From Eledone cirrhosa (taxonomy: Eukaryota), in the NCBI GenBank assembly GCA_964016885.1, contig OZ024750.1:20460001-20524000 (forward strand): a stretch of DNA of 64,000 bases. Reading direction: 5' to 3'. The notes below the pieces were generated by a model. The model searched no databases and was not told the origin of the DNA. It saw only the letters and a list, made by a program, of their open reading frames with translations. The first letter of the stretch is position 1, and each line of letters opens with the position of its first letter. Shown piece by piece: positions 13,735 to 29,244 of this stretch. The position numbers and the translations under genes are program-made.

Positions 13735-14006
13735 ATATTGGTTTTATATTGATTTTATATTGGTTTTATATTGATTTTATATTGATTTAATATTGATTTT
13801 ATATTGGTTTTATATTGATTTTATATTGATTTATATTGTTTTTATATTGATTTTATATTGGTTTTATATTGGTTTTATATTGATTTTATATTGATTTTAT
13901 ATTGGTTTTATATTGGTTTTATATTGGTTTTATATTGATTTTATATTGATTTTATATTGATTTTATATTAGTTTCATATTGGTTTTATATTGATTTTATA
14001 TTGATT
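13735..14006. repeat. 11-bp minisatellite (TATTG[A/G]TTTTA)n
   Basis: About 24 tandem units visible. Confidence 0.95.
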
Positions 14007-14228
14007 GTTCCCCCATTACACTCACACACACACACATAAAGGTATGTATATAACAATTAAAAGTAGTAAATGCAGGGTGAATTCATCATAAAGGCGTTAT
14101 TGCTTGATATATATTTCTGTGACATGGTTATGCATGTGACTTCATCAGATATTCATACAATCATAGGTGTAGTTATGCAATGGTAATATGTCAAGAGTCA
14201 TGTATAACCACCCAGCTGTAATTCCAGC

Positions 14229-14259
<31 letters not shown>

Positions 14260-14894
14260 ATTGTGTGTATGTGGCTATGTATGTGTGCGTGCGTGTATGT
14301 GTTTGTGTGCGTGTATATATGTGTATGTTGGTGTGTTTGTTGGTGCGTGTGTGTGTAGGCGTGTTTGTGTGTACGTAAGCACAAGATTGAACTTAAGTAT
14401 GTGTCAATATTGCCATAGCAATTAATATATTATAAAATATTTTATATGATGTAGATATTCAATATATCCAATATTTCCATTCACTTAGCATAATTGATCT
14501 TTCTTAGATTTCAAACATTTGCAGCATTTTAAAGATTAAAGTAAAATAAAAAATCAACTACATATTGAGTCATCTAATCTAGTTAAAAGCATTGTTTCCT
14601 TAGAACGAAATCAAACAAATATTTGAGGAAAAGCAATGGGAAATTATTATAGAAAATCAACGGATTTTATTCAGAACATATTAAATAACTTACATGACCT
14701 TTAAAAACGTATTATTATTCCATATGTATAAGGTTATGAATATCTTTATATTTTTCAAAATATATACGGAGAAATATATTATATTCTCTATGCCTTCAAA
14801 TAGCGCAAATAAGTTTCAGAGATTTCCATATCTATGCATATATATACTCACTCACACACACATACATAGACACGAACTCATACGTAAAGAATCA

Positions 14895-14962
<68 letters not shown>

Positions 14963-14967
14963 AGTGT

Positions 14968-15070
<103 letters not shown>

Positions 15071-15969
15071 TGTATGTGTGCGTGTGTGTGTTTATCTCGA
15101 GTTCAATGGAGGATAACCACAGAAAGTAAAGTATTCAATAAATATTTCATGATGATTTCTTTCAAATTAAACAGTTCTAGTCTTGTAGAAGCCATTTCTA
15201 TATTATATATATATATAAGTATGTATAAGTAACAGCCGTACTAAGAGTGAGATATGAAATTTCGTTTCATTGTTTCCGTATATATATACATATATATATA
15301 TATATATTTCGTTTCTGAATTTGTTTAGCAAGATTTTTATCTGAAAACGTGTGTTGAAACCGATATTATGAAACACACGCACCAGTTGCTTTCACTCCAT
15401 TCTATTATAGATTAAATTTATAAATTTAAGAATTTATAAATTTCCGGTTGGGTGGTTGGTTCCAACAATCGGGTGGTTGTTCATATATTGTGAAAGGTCT
15501 TTGGTCACACATTATGTGACCTCTTCAGTGACTGGGGATTATTTTCTTTGTTTTGTGCCTCTCCTATGTTCTGTCCTACGCCATCTTCTTTTTATTGGCA
15601 ACATGACCCTCCCAAAGTATAACATTATAAAATATATAAAAAAAATGAATAAGTTGAGGAATTAACAATATTACGTGGTGCCTACGAAATATATGGTGCT
15701 GCAATATCACACCAATCACAGTCCTAATCACCGCTACCAGCGATTAAACAGATGCGGAGTATATCGCCACGAATTTCGGTATTGACTTGGCAAAATCATC
15801 AGGGCTGTAAACAATAGTTCAATAAGATCAGAGACTTAATGATCATCAGATCATCCGATAACGGCATCAACGTTATTGATACATAGATTCATCATTGTAT
15901 GATGATTATGCCTGTGTGTGTTTGTGTATGCGTGTATGTATGTGTGTGCATGCGTGTGTGTGTGTGTGT

Positions 15970-16105
15970 GTGTATACATATGTAGTTGATGGACGAGATA
16001 AAAGTGTACTCATTACCGAGGTAGAATTTAAATATTTAAATATTTAAATTCTACCTCGGCAATGATTCCTCTTTTAACTCGTCCATCAACTACATATGTA
16101 TACAC
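15970..16105. repeat. Loopless palindrome between (TG)n and (CA)n
   Basis: ACATATGTAGTTGATGGACGAG...CCGAGGTAGAATTTAAATATTT|AAATATTTAAATTCTACCTCGG...CTCGTCCATCAACTACATATGT, centre 16037/16038. Confidence 0.9.
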
Positions 16106-16162
16106 CCACACACGCATGCACACACATACACACACGCATACACAAACACACACAAAAACACA

Positions 16163-16289
<127 letters not shown>

Positions 16290-16369
16290 ACATATATTAA
16301 TATATATATATATGTGTGTGTGTATTTGTGTGTTTGTATATATATGTATGTTTGTATATCAAAGTGAAA

Positions 16370-16470
16370 GTAGTAAAAACCAGAGTAATCGATATTTGGG
16401 TTACTAGAGTGGTTGATATGAACAATTCGGGACCCCGATAGCTGAGGTCCTACCGTTTCAACAGCTTTTA
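16370..16470 (-). mobile_element. Family H degenerate copy
   Basis: ACCAGAGTAATCGATA...GGACCCCGA...CCGTTTCAACAGCT resembles 24805-24890 and the reverse complement of 61248-61330. Confidence 0.55.
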
Positions 16471-17219
16471 ACAGATATACTCTTTAGGAGAATTGTGGTG
16501 GCGTGTCAAGCCCCCCTTTTTCCCAACGTAGTCTCTGAAATATATGCAACTATACAGAAATGAAATCCATGAAATCCACATTTTTCAGTGCAAGTATTGG
16601 AAATGGTACTTCTAAATTCACCTCTACAAATGTCAACTACTAGTAATTATTTTAATGTGCATTTGTATCTTTCTTGTGCAGTTTTAAATCTAAATATATC
16701 CGCTGAAATATATTGTTATGCTGTATGCTTATATATTGTGACAGATAATACGTGCACTTACATTGTAAACAATGGATAAATGAATTAATCCTCCCATGAA
16801 ATGTTACAAATAGCTTTTACAAATCCTTCTATGGAGGAGAATACTAAAACACAATCATGAGTTACGGCGCCTGCCTCAAATATTTCTATATAATCTATGA
16901 CATTCCCTATTAGGCCAACCTGTAAGAAGTGAATAATCAATGTCCATGTTTCCTACCTTAGGAATATTGATGAGAGCACACAAATAAAAATGAATATATA
17001 AGACATTTGAGAACAATGTTTGAAAATACTCATGTGAGGATAAATATGTGATTTATTGTTGGAATATATATATATCAATATCAGATGAATTGTGATTGCC
17101 ATTGTTTGAATAGAGGTTATATTATTGTGCTTCACTCAGTTAAGGGTAATATGTCTACACAGATTTGTGCTCCAGAAATGTTCATCAATTCTGAGCATTA
17201 TGTCAGCAAGCTTGTTGGA

Positions 17220-17500
17220 TAATGTCAAATAATGGAGACCATCTTCATCAAAATTCGGCTTAACAAGGCAGTTCTCTAGATTACCAAGTCAAATGCTCTA
17301 CACTGCATTCAGCAGCGCATGACAACACTGGAGCTTCACAAAAACGAAGTGCATTAGACGATGGAAAGCTCCTACAACGACACAAAATTCTGGGAGAATC
17401 TTGCGGATGACCGAACAGCGTGGTGTTGTCTTTCCAAATCGATATAGGATATTTTGAGGAAAATAGCACAGAAATGAGGGTGAAGAAAAGCTACGACTGA
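17220..17500 (+). pseudogene. RTE-clade LINE C-terminal relic
   Basis: Broken frames give RLPSQMLY..., WENLADDRTAW and GYFEENS. Confidence 0.6.
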
Positions 17501-18581
17501 ATATTCTCTAACTTCATTCAATGCATCCAAGAACAATCAGATAATACCGCAGTAGATACTGTTTTCTTTGAAAATGTAGGTCCAACCAGCAATAAGAAGA
17601 ACTGCCGTGATACAGAAAAAGGTAAGGAAGGAAAATATAGTTGAAAACAATGAAGAAGAAATGAGTAAGATAAAAATGTTGTGATAAAAATCGGTATGCC
17701 ATATGTACCAATTTTACCGGCAGTCACACTATTATAGAGAAATGCAAAATTTCGGTTTGAAAAATTAGAATTTTCATAAGAGAAGCGTTGTAGTTTATGT
17801 GGATTATAGTCGCATGCAAATGACTATCTATAGGAATCTTATTTTAATAATTTGTGCGTAAATATAAACAAATGACATACAGGATTAAATGCATAACTTG
17901 GAAGTAATACTTATTAGGAGGGGCAAATCAATGTGAAACTCAGTAACTTGTAATTGGAAAGCGAGCTTCTTAGTGTAGCCACATGTTTAATAAATATTGG
18001 GAATGCATGTTTAGGGTGAGTGTGCAAATTCTAGACTCTCAGACATATGCGCGTGTGTACACATACTACACACATACTACACACAGACACACACTCACAC
18101 AACTTACAGAAAATATGTATTGTGTATATATATGCATATATATAGATATGTATATATACACACACACAAATACACGACACAATTTAATGGTTGATAAGAA
18201 AATGTATATTAACAATTGCTTGTACGATGAGATATCTGTCGTTATACTGATTTAATGATAATTCAGCATATATAAGAATCCCTAAAACAAATATATTTTA
18301 GATATAACTATACTGAAACCGTCAAGAAATATTTAATTCGTATAGAAAAATACATCAAAATAGTATCTCTCACGATTTTGATTATCATGGGATATTCAAA
18401 AAAATATTATCGAAATCTGTTGAAATTTTCGTAGCAAGCCTTATATACTGTAATTATGAATTCATTATACATATATATTAGGTTTTCAAACATACGTGTT
18501 GTACCTAAACAGCTTAATAAGTTACATTATCGGTGACTACAGATATTGCAAATGAAATTGGTGTCTGATTAATACAAATAA

Positions 18582-18712
18582 CTGTTTCTACGTTAGGCAC
18601 AAGGCCAGCAATCACCCAGTGTATTACTGGTACTTTATTTTATCGACCCCGTAAGGATGAAAGGCAAAGTTAACCTCGACGGGATTTGAACTCAGAATGG
18701 CAAGGGCCGTAA
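18582..18712 (-). mobile_element. tRNA-derived SINE
   Basis: Reverse complement of the SINE body at 53200-53323 (GGCACAAGGCCAGCAAT...TTTATCGACCCCGTAAGGATGAAAGGCAAAG...GGGATTTGAACTCAG). Confidence 0.85.
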
Positions 18713-20076
18713 CTCTATTAACAGATTAATATAAATAACTATTGCCTATAATTTCTCGAAGTAGAATATATATACCCATCATCTTATAACCAAGCGAATA
18801 ACACTGAATCATGCAAAAGAAATGTCAAATGACGTTCGTTCAAAGGTTCTAAACTATTGTGTGCTACCCATGTAGATCGGTATAATCATCGCAGTTCTTT
18901 TCAGGTTTTGCATTCATACTGTCATTATATAATCACATAAATCATTGTAAGAGCAATATCTAACTCACAATGGCCATGATTGTAATATTTTCATCATAAT
19001 AGTGTCCATCCTATCAACTTCTTCTATATTATCACTTCGTTAACAACGTCTTAACCAAATATTCACCCTATATGAATCCGGTAGCAGAATACAAAACACT
19101 AATTATCGACAAAGGCACGGCATTTATAGTATTCACGTTCCCTTCTTCTATTCAATCCTAAACCCAACCCCTAACTCAGATTATCTGCTTTCATTGAAGA
19201 ATCCCTATATTAACTCTCTTTATCTAAGAGAGTAATATGAAAGAAAGTAATACATGAATATTTTATTACTGCCTAACCTATTCTCTAACATCTCTCATTA
19301 CCAACATTGGACTTAACACTTTCATTAGATTTTACGTTTAATTAAATAGCCTGTCGATCTATTTCATATACTTCATCCCAAATAGGTCAACCGTAACTAA
19401 TATGCTACCAAAATATCTATTTTTTAGTCGTTTATATCTCTCGGGGGGGGTGGGGGCACTGCTTCTCGGTCATTAGTGCCCAGGTTCATTCCTGCTGAGT
19501 GAAATCTTCAGCAAATATTATGTATTATACACACTGGTCGACATATGTTACAAGGAACCTGTTTGGAAGCCCATCGGTTGGATTTTACATGTATTTCAAA
19601 CGGTCAGCCATATAAGATGTGAGTCTAAAAGTGCCTATAAATGAGAGAGAGTGAGAGAGAAAGACCGTAATTGAGAGAGTTTGAATGAGATAGTTTATAT
19701 TCTAATGAGAAAATTAACTTATCCTGTGCTGACACGTATCTAAGGAAATGCTCATTCAGTTAATGGTTTCATTACAATAATGTTTTTCTTTAATTTGAAA
19801 CAGCCATTCTACTATACATACACACAGGGATACCAAGACATACACCCCATCCGCAAGCAGCTACACACACACGTATATATATGCATGTACATATTCATAT
19901 ATAAAGACGACGCAGAACAATCAGTGACTGAGAGTATAATTCTGGAGATGCGTACAGATACTAGTATGAAGAACAGAATCCGTCATTCTGTCTTTTTGTA
20001 TATATATATATATATATATGTACATATGTATGTATATGTATATGTGTATATATATATATATAACATAAGGCAATTA

Positions 20077-20136
20077 TTCCATTTACCAGTGGTTTCTTAA
20101 AAGCAAAAAATGTTGCTTTCAATCCTCAGAATGAAA
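20077..20136 (-). ncRNA. Type I hammerhead ribozyme (mirror copy)
   Basis: Minus strand TTCATT-CTGAGGA-TTGAAAGCAA cattt TTGCTTTTAA-GAAA-CC act GG-TA-AATGGA. Confidence 0.85.
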
Positions 20137-20199
20137 AAATCCTGGTCTGTTTATTTAATTTGGATTTTAAAAACAAATTCAATAAACAGGGCAGGATTT

Positions 20200-20259
20200 T
20201 TTCATTCTGAGGATTGAAAGCAAAATCTTTTGCTTTTAAGAAACCACTGGTAAATGGAA
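20200..20259 (+). ncRNA. Type I hammerhead ribozyme
   Basis: TTCATT-CTGAGGA(20207-13)-TTGAAAGCAAAA tc TTTTGCTTTTAA-GAAA(20240-43)-CC act GG-TA-AATGGA. All three stems pair; GUA triplet at 20250-20252. Confidence 0.88.
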
Positions 20260-20349
20260 TAATTGACTTATGTTGTTTATTACATAACTATTAAGCTCTG
20301 TTACCTACATAGAGCACTCTTTTTTCCTGGACTTTTCCGACGCAATTAC

Positions 20350-20451
<102 letters not shown>

Positions 20452-20833
20452 TGTGTATGTATATACCCGGGGACATAGTAATGGTCGGGCTGGATACCCG
20501 ATTGGGCGGTTAAACCACTTGGAGTGAAGGACGGACCACCAGGCTTTGTCAGGGTATTCTTCTAGGAGAAGGCATCACAGAAAACTGGGATAACTCCATG
20601 CGGCTCAGTCATTACCGATGGTGTTGAACTTTTCTTCTTTTCATGTTATGGCTACTGTCGCTTAGAGAGTGGGATTGGCTCAGTGCACAGTCTTTCCTTA
20701 CATTAACAAAGATTTTGACTCACAGGTATTGCACGATATAATTAATTAATAATTATTAATAATGGTATGTTTTGCAATGATCATACTCGATAACGAGGTG
20801 ACATTCATTATCATCATCATATATATATATATA

Positions 20834-20877
<44 letters not shown>

Positions 20878-20879
<2 letters not shown>

Positions 20880-21201
20880 CATGAAGTGTAACGTGAAGTT
20901 ACTATAGGTTCACCTAGGTGAGCACTCGATGTTTTGATTCACGTCTGTAGCGAGGTGTAGAGCTAAATAGAGCGTAAATATACTAATACAAGGACGATTC
21001 ATTATGTTTATTGATTGGTGACGCACGTTTCGCTATTTATCAGCTCAAGATCCTGTCATTACGTCAGCAGTGGTACGACGAGCTTTTGTGTCTAAAGTCG
21101 GGTAAGATTCTATACAGATCGATCCTTGATCTGATCAATAGCGAAACGCGCGTCACCAATCAATAAACGTATTGACGGCTTAACAAATCGCCCTTGTATT
21201 A
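20878..21201 (-). mobile_element. Fold-back element, family B, with degenerate hammerhead
   Basis: Arms about 20984-21050 and 21125-21201. GAAACGCGCGTC-ACCAATCAATAAA starts at 21143. Tail 20878-20955 is the reverse-complement homologue of window positions 1-78. Confidence 0.7.
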
Positions 21202-23768
21202 TATATGTATGAGTGTGTGTGTGTGATGTGTGTGTATGCCTGTGTGTTTGTGTGAGTAGGTGCGTATGTATGCATGCATCTATGTATGTAAACGGTAAAC
21301 AGAAATAACAACACAATCAGTACGGTATGTTGAAGTAATATATATATAGAGATAGATAACGCTTGATATGGCGCTCATTCTTCTGTGACAGACGTCACAA
21401 TAGACAGACGTATAAACAATAAACATTTCCTCATCATAGTTCTAATAAAAACTGATGTCTATAATTTTACAATAAGTTTAGAATAATCAAGAATGTGGAT
21501 ATATCTGAAAGTATAAATAGTTTGTAATTAGTAACCTTGTGTTTGCAACGAACCAATGTTTCATTTATACAATTACGATAAAAGTTTGTAGATAAACTTT
21601 GAAAAAGAAAATGTTGTATCGTAGAACCAGGCGCGAGTTTTATTCGTATAAAAAGATTTGAAAAAAAGCATACGATGTGGAGGGCGAATATGGAAAATAT
21701 TCTTTGCTACAGATGGAATAGCTTTGTCTATCTATAGTATTCGGAACGTACCATACAGGTCGCCTTAAATTAACAAAGGAAATAACATCTTGAATAAATT
21801 TAGGAATTTGTAGTTTATTAAACACACTGTAATATTGCAAACATGATAACTCTTTCGTCACTTTGTCTGCGTGGCGAATCTGATATTTGCTGTCCAATTG
21901 GAAGTATAGCGATTACTTCCCTCCTCAGTTGTATTTTGTTTTTGTTGTCTGTCTTTCTTTAAATTACGTTACTGAATTATAATAAATACACTGCCTGTTT
22001 TAAAAGATGTTTATTTTGTATTGAGAAAGATTACGTTTTCAATTTAAATTTCTGATTACTTTACATATACTGTTTAATATAAATTATTGATTTCATGAAT
22101 TAACAAACCAAAACACCATCAACACCATCCACACTATGTTAGACATCTACATAATTTTTCATTCGTAAATATAATAAAAAATAAAAATTTAGAAAAAAAT
22201 AAGATATTCAATATTTGCATTAAAATGCGTAAATTCAATAATGAATAGCAATGTATTTTTCTTATAGATTTGCATTTTTTCATTTGCACGTCATCAAATA
22301 TTTGTATCTAATGATGTGCTTTGAATTTCTAAATAGGAAAACTACTTTTTTTTGTGTGCCTAGAAATTAAATGCAAATTACATTTTATTTGAATTTAAAA
22401 GTATTGAAAATTGCCTTACTGATAATATAGGTCATTATAATTTCTGTGGCCAGCTGCTTAAATGATTGAAATAATTTTGAGTTTGGCCGCTGTAGTTAAC
22501 ACTTTTGAAACCAAACACTAAATTGCCTAATTCTAAGACGAGATACTGTTTATTTTGAAGAATTTCTATTCGTATAGTTATATTCCATGTAGATTTATGT
22601 ATGAATCTTAGTTAGGTTAGGGTGCAAACATCAGAAAAATGATAAATTAATATTAGTAATACTAAACAAATCATGATTATTTTCAAAATTATTTGAAAAT
22701 CATAGACAATGTTTTTCATTAGAAATATAACGAAAGAGGTAGTGTTTATATTTCTACATAAAACTTCCATTATGATCTTAAATGAGAACCCTTGTAAAGT
22801 TATCTTGCAAGCTTTATAAGAGGAATAGTTATATTTATTATTAAACCCCTATTCATCCTTAAGTATTTTATCAAATGAATATTTGAAAGTTATAGGCAGA
22901 GTTCTTTTATAAGAAATAGAGAAACAAATAACCCTACAAAGGTAAAATATTATCACTACAAATGAAAAGTTAGTTGATATTAGTTATTTGAAAGTGTGAT
23001 TTCCATAAATATATAATAAATAAATTATGGATGTAAATCGGGGTATGAGTGAAAGTATATTACAAGAGGTTATTGATCAATTAGTAAATATAATTATAAA
23101 AATGTTTGATTGATGGGGTAAGTATATAGGCACACAATCTATATAACGATTTTCAATCTTGCCGCTTTTACCATCAATCTCACTTCATCTCTCTCTCTCT
23201 CTCTCTCACTCACACACACACACACACATACACACACATACACACACACACGCGCACAGACCCACACACACATTCGTACCACTAGATTTTCGGTTTGATT
23301 GAAATGCTAGTTGAATATGTGTAACAGATTTAATATAAATTAGATGACCCAATCGAACGTCACGTGTTTAATTCGCAACAACCACCATTTATTGAAGATC
23401 ACTCTAGTATATCAATATTTTCATTATATATATATACTGTGGTCAATATATACATATGTTTCTAATGTCTCTTGTGTTGAAAAGGAGATCAAGTCTGTTA
23501 AAAATCACTGAATAATTGCTCCGAAGACTCCAAACTTCGGTGTGGAAGATACAATTGTAAGCAAATAAATGATTTAAACAGAACTTTGTTTCATGTAATC
23601 TCTATATAACTGCTCTGTAAAACAACTGATGTTGTTACATTGAGCTATTTATCTTACTGGTAATAATATAGTAATACATTTAGGATATAATATATATATA
23701 ACTTTAAAAGGTTTTAGTATATACATAGCCATAAATAGTATCCTTAATAATATATATATATATATATA

Positions 23769-24255
23769 TAGAAGTGGTTACACAACAGTTAGTTCACCAT
23801 ACTGAGAACAATTATTTCACCTTTCCGGATCTTCAGCTCGGGATGTGTATGGTTATAGGAACAGGAAGGACAAGTTTTTAGGTGAAAATAAAATTTAAAA
23901 AATTAAAAATAAAATTACTAAGAATCAGTCCGGCACCTTAGTAATTTTATTTTAATTGTTCTTAATTTTATTTTCAACCTAAAAACTTTCCTGACTTTCG
24001 CAGTTATCTCCCTTACACCTCCCGCACGCAGCCTAATATTGCCTGTGTGAAGTGACCGAGTTTCTGCGCATGTGCGTTCGTACGGTTGTCCTTCAAGTTC
24101 CTATAACCATACAGATCCCGAGCTGAAGATCCGCGAAGGTGAAACAATTGTTCTCGGTATAGTTTACTTACTGTTGTGTAACCACTTCTACCTAACTCGT
24201 CCCTTGGACTGAGTGCTCTACCACTACGGATATTACCTTCCAGTGTTCCACCACT
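23769..24255 (+). mobile_element. Fold-back element, family F
   Basis: Outer arms 23769-23875 vs 24086-24190, inner arms about 23873-23922 vs 23937-23990, asymmetric insert of about 95 bp, tail to (TA)n. Confidence 0.85.
24118..24157 (+). ncRNA. Minimal hammerhead ribozyme
   Basis: CCGAG-CTGAAGA-tCCgcgaaGGt-GAAA-CaattG-TT-CTCGG. Perfect stem I, palindromic stem III, GUU triplet, U-U at the stem II base. Mirror copy at 23802-23841. Confidence 0.72.
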
Positions 24256-24276
24256 ATATATATATATATATATATA

Positions 24277-25030
<754 letters not shown>

Positions 25031-25289
25031 GTATGAACGTCTGGTTGAATGCCGTGGATATTGGGGATTTGCCAGTCTTCGACAGTTTAATTGTTTGTAT
25101 CGTTTGCCGAAATGTTGGGTCCAGCTCGCATTTCACACCTAGCTGGGGAATACAGTGAACGGATAAAGATAAATATCCCATAACAGCTTTTGGAGACGTA
25201 GAGGCACTTTCATACGGCGCGTCTAGGGCACTTTTAAAATTGGCGGAACCTAACCCTCTCCTGATCTAAACACAGCCACATTTTTCTAT

Positions 25290-25440
25290 AGAGGAAGAAT
25301 CGACCCCAGTTCGGGACTGGTACTTTTTCTCTCAACATTGAAAGGATGAAAGACAAAGTTGACCACGGTGGGATTTGAAGTGGGACGAATACCGTAAAGC
25401 ATTCTATCCGACGTTTTAACGGCTCTGCTATTTCGGCTCC
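25290..25440 (-). mobile_element. tRNA-derived SINE, diverged
   Basis: TCGACCCCAG..ACTGGTACT..GAAAGGATGAAAGACAAAGTTGACCACGGTGGGATTTGAA. Confidence 0.7.
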
Positions 25441-27148
25441 TAAGTGAAAACATCCATATAAATAAATTTGTCTTCGTGTTAAAAGTATGGAAGACCGTCG
25501 TATGGACTATAACAGTACATGAAAGATCCAGATTTGTCACCCAATGTGAGAGCACAATCTCTTACATCATAATATAGTATAGATTCTACCCTTAATTCAA
25601 ACAGCCAATCTGATCATACATTCCTTTAGTCTGAATCTCACATAAAGATGCTTGTGGAACATTCTGCCACCTGCACGTTAATTTCAACATTAGGTTGTTC
25701 TGTTGACTTAACAATTATAGCACTAATAAAAATTTATTCCATTCTATACGTATAAAAACTGAAAGTGTGAAGTAATACTTTGTGAACGCGCTTGTATATC
25801 TAGCATATTTAATAAAAGATTTTCGGCCAGATATGGATAAGGCCATAATGGATAATAGCTTTCAATGTCCACATTGTTGTCAGTGACCGTTTGAGAGTGT
25901 TTTAACATGGTGTTTGTCAACACATTAAAGTAATTTTAGAAATAAGTATGCGTTACTGGGATTTAGAGGTTGAATCTAACAGTAAATGAGTCGATTTGAC
26001 AGATATGTACTTATGGAAGGCGATATAAATGTCTTTAAAACACTTTAAGTGTGGTTAAGATTATATTTGTGTGTACTGAAGCAGAATTTAGGTGAGTATT
26101 AAATTGATGTGAATGAAAGCATTTATATTATAGAATATATAATATCTAGCTGTAAAAGTATACTCACAATATGTAAGCCAGGGCAAATAATAAAAAGCAG
26201 TAGTTAGGGCTATGGTAAATTTTGGAATTTGAATGGAAAATGGTGTTGATATATGTACGTATGAATAAATTGTGAAGTTACGATTAAAGGGGAGATAGTT
26301 GTACTAATGCATTAAATAGGCAGTTGCATATATGGCACCATGTTAAAGTATAATAGAGTATTGTAAAGAAAAGGATAGAATGAAGAAAGAACGTGAAGTG
26401 GAAAAATACAGTAAAGTAAGAGAAATGTATAAACATATAAAATGATATGGTTAAAAGTAGGAAGATTGAAATTAACAGAGGAATATACATAATTCAAGAG
26501 GATATACGATATATATGCGTGTGTGTGGTTTTGTGTGTGTATCAGTGTATGTATTATTCTCTGTGTGCGTGCGCATGAATGCGTATATGAATGTGTGTGT
26601 ATGTGTGTGCGCATGCATGTGTGTGCGCATGCATGTGTATGCGAATGTGTGTGTGTGTGTGTATCGAAACTTCAGAATTATTGTACTATAATGATTGTAA
26701 AATAAAGAGTTAGGGTATTCTGTTATTCAAATATTGAAGAAGTGAGTTATCACAATCGGTGGAGTGTGCGATCAAGTAACATGGCATGCTGTTATTCTGC
26801 GTTCTGAATTTATACCCCGTCGTATCATGTCTTCCATTTCCAGCGATGCATTGTGTCCTTCACTATGTCCCTTAAGTTAACATTCTTCCTCTTATCGAGT
26901 TGCTACACAACACCCATCCAGTGTTTTACACAGAGCTGTGCCTTAGGTATGAAGGTTTCAAGGTCATCATCAACGTTGGCATATCCCCATTTCTGAAGTT
27001 TGAGTGTACAGCCACCAACAGTTGTTGGGGGCGATTCAGGCAGTAGCAGAATGTCCAGGCATCACCGGATCCAGGTGAGGGGAGATTCTGTAGGTCTGGG
27101 AGAAAGCCTCTGGAGAAAGTGAAAGATGGACATAGGTTTACCAGATGG

Positions 27149-27656
27149 ACATAGGTTTACTGTGTTTACTTCTACACATATTAATATTATAATGCTCAGT
27201 ATTTATACTTTGAGCTTGTTAATTGCAGGGTATCTATATGAGTTAATAACTCTATATTTTATTTGTATTTCGGCTCCTTATCTGTTGAGCTTATAAAAAT
27301 GAGTGTAAATAGGCTATTATTTCTAGCATAACCACTCGCACCGCATACGACTTTCAACGGACGAGGTGTAAACTTTAGTGAGTTTATTGTTATAGGTGTT
27401 ATGTAACATTTAGTCTTATCTCTCGCTGACGAAATGCCTACGGATTACTTGTTACAAACACGATTCATTCAGAGCGAAACAGATTAAATCTTTAGTCTGT
27501 CCGGGTGATGACATGGTTATTGATATGGTATGTATGAGATATCTTGTAAGAAAACTTGAAACATCCCATATGATTCGGGTTGAATGATATATAACATTTG
27601 TGGTACCCTCGTAATTTTAGACATGGGTTTACTGTGTTTACTTCTACACATATTAG

Positions 27657-27658
<2 letters not shown>
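27149..27658 (+). mobile_element. Element with about 37-bp terminal direct repeat ending at (TA)n (pLTR-like)
   Basis: ACAT(A/G)GGTTTACTGTGTTTACTTCTACACATATTA at about 27149-27184 and 27621-27655. CTGACGA(27426-32)...GAAAC(27476-80) lies inside. Confidence 0.6.
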
Positions 27659-27688
<30 letters not shown>

Positions 27689-27737
27689 TACATATATATA
27701 TGTATATGTGTATATGTATGTGTGTGAGTGCGTGTGT

Positions 27738-27822
<85 letters not shown>

Positions 27823-28572
27823 TGAGAGTATGTGTGTTTGTGCATGTTTTATAACCATTGTCATTTTTGATGTTAAAGAAAGAAACTAGAACTAAGAATT
27901 TTCTAGCAGAGCACGCATGGACATCTCAAAATATATTTATTTTTGATTCAGCTGAAACACAGAATTTCGAAGATTTTTTTCCAGTTTTTATTCTTTACTT
28001 TTTATTGATATCGTCAATATATATTCGAAAGTAATATCATCAAAACAAAACAAAAAAGAAATACTTTTCAACTATACAAAAACTATTTTTTAGCAAAACA
28101 CTAAAACTTAAGATGATAGAAAAAATTAATATAAATGAAATTTTTAGTATTTTGAATTCAATGAATCATCATTTTAAAAAAATGAAATTATAGTTATTCA
28201 TCAAAAGTAAGAATTTTAAGAATTATAGCTGTTTATTTGTTTGGCTATGAATGGGAGAAACTGAAAAGGCAATTTCCGGTTGCACTATATTGTAAATTAT
28301 TTTTACCTTCTAAATATTAATGTCCATAGCATGTGTTCATAATATATAGAACATGGCGTGTATTTCTATTACATCTATAAGGTACATGGAAACATAATTG
28401 AATGCACAACGAAATATTATTCGCAAAAATATATTCCGAATTTGCATTTATATATTTTAAACGAAATATTTGCCTGCTTTTGAAAATATACAATGTGCAA
28501 ACAGATACAGACACACATATACACAGACACACAGACGCACACCCGCACACCCGCACACCCGCACACCCACAC

Positions 28573-28609
<37 letters not shown>

Positions 28610-29160
28610 CTGTGTGTGTATATATTTATATATATATACGTGTGTGCAATTGAGAATATTATGTATTCTCAGCAGTTTCAGTGGATACCAGGACAAGAGA
28701 ATACATAATTTGGACAAGGAGCAAAGAGCAAGACACTCCGAAACAATTAACAATTGTCAATTGTCAATTCTATTCTCTCAGCTACCGCTGTAACAAAAGG
28801 ATGGCGTCGTCATCTCTACCACAATTATTTCATGAGGCTGTTTACTTGTAAACAAACCGGATATTGATAATATTATGATATTGTTATAATATTATTATTA
28901 GGTACACACTCCTATAAGAGCGAAAACAAAGTTTGTTTCTGTATATATATATATATATAATAGCTTTCACCAATACTCATATTTTTCTATTTATCTGCGG
29001 GTTCTAAACCCCATTATCAGGCTAACATTTCTTTAGTCAAAAATACGGTGAAAGCTATTCTATTTTCTAATTTCAAACCAGATCCCTGCTTCAAAACATA
29101 CATACTTGTCATATATATATATATATATATATGTGCGTGTGTCTCTCTGTGTGTGTGTGT

Positions 29161-29244
<84 letters not shown>

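Noticed and set aside
19240-19410. Possible CR1/L2-type RT relic (PISLTS-like, FIPNRSTVTNML)
   Set aside because: Suggestive but fragmentary; boundaries cannot be set.
21640-21897. 85-aa ORF as a possible exon
   Set aside because: No recognisable motif or splice signals.
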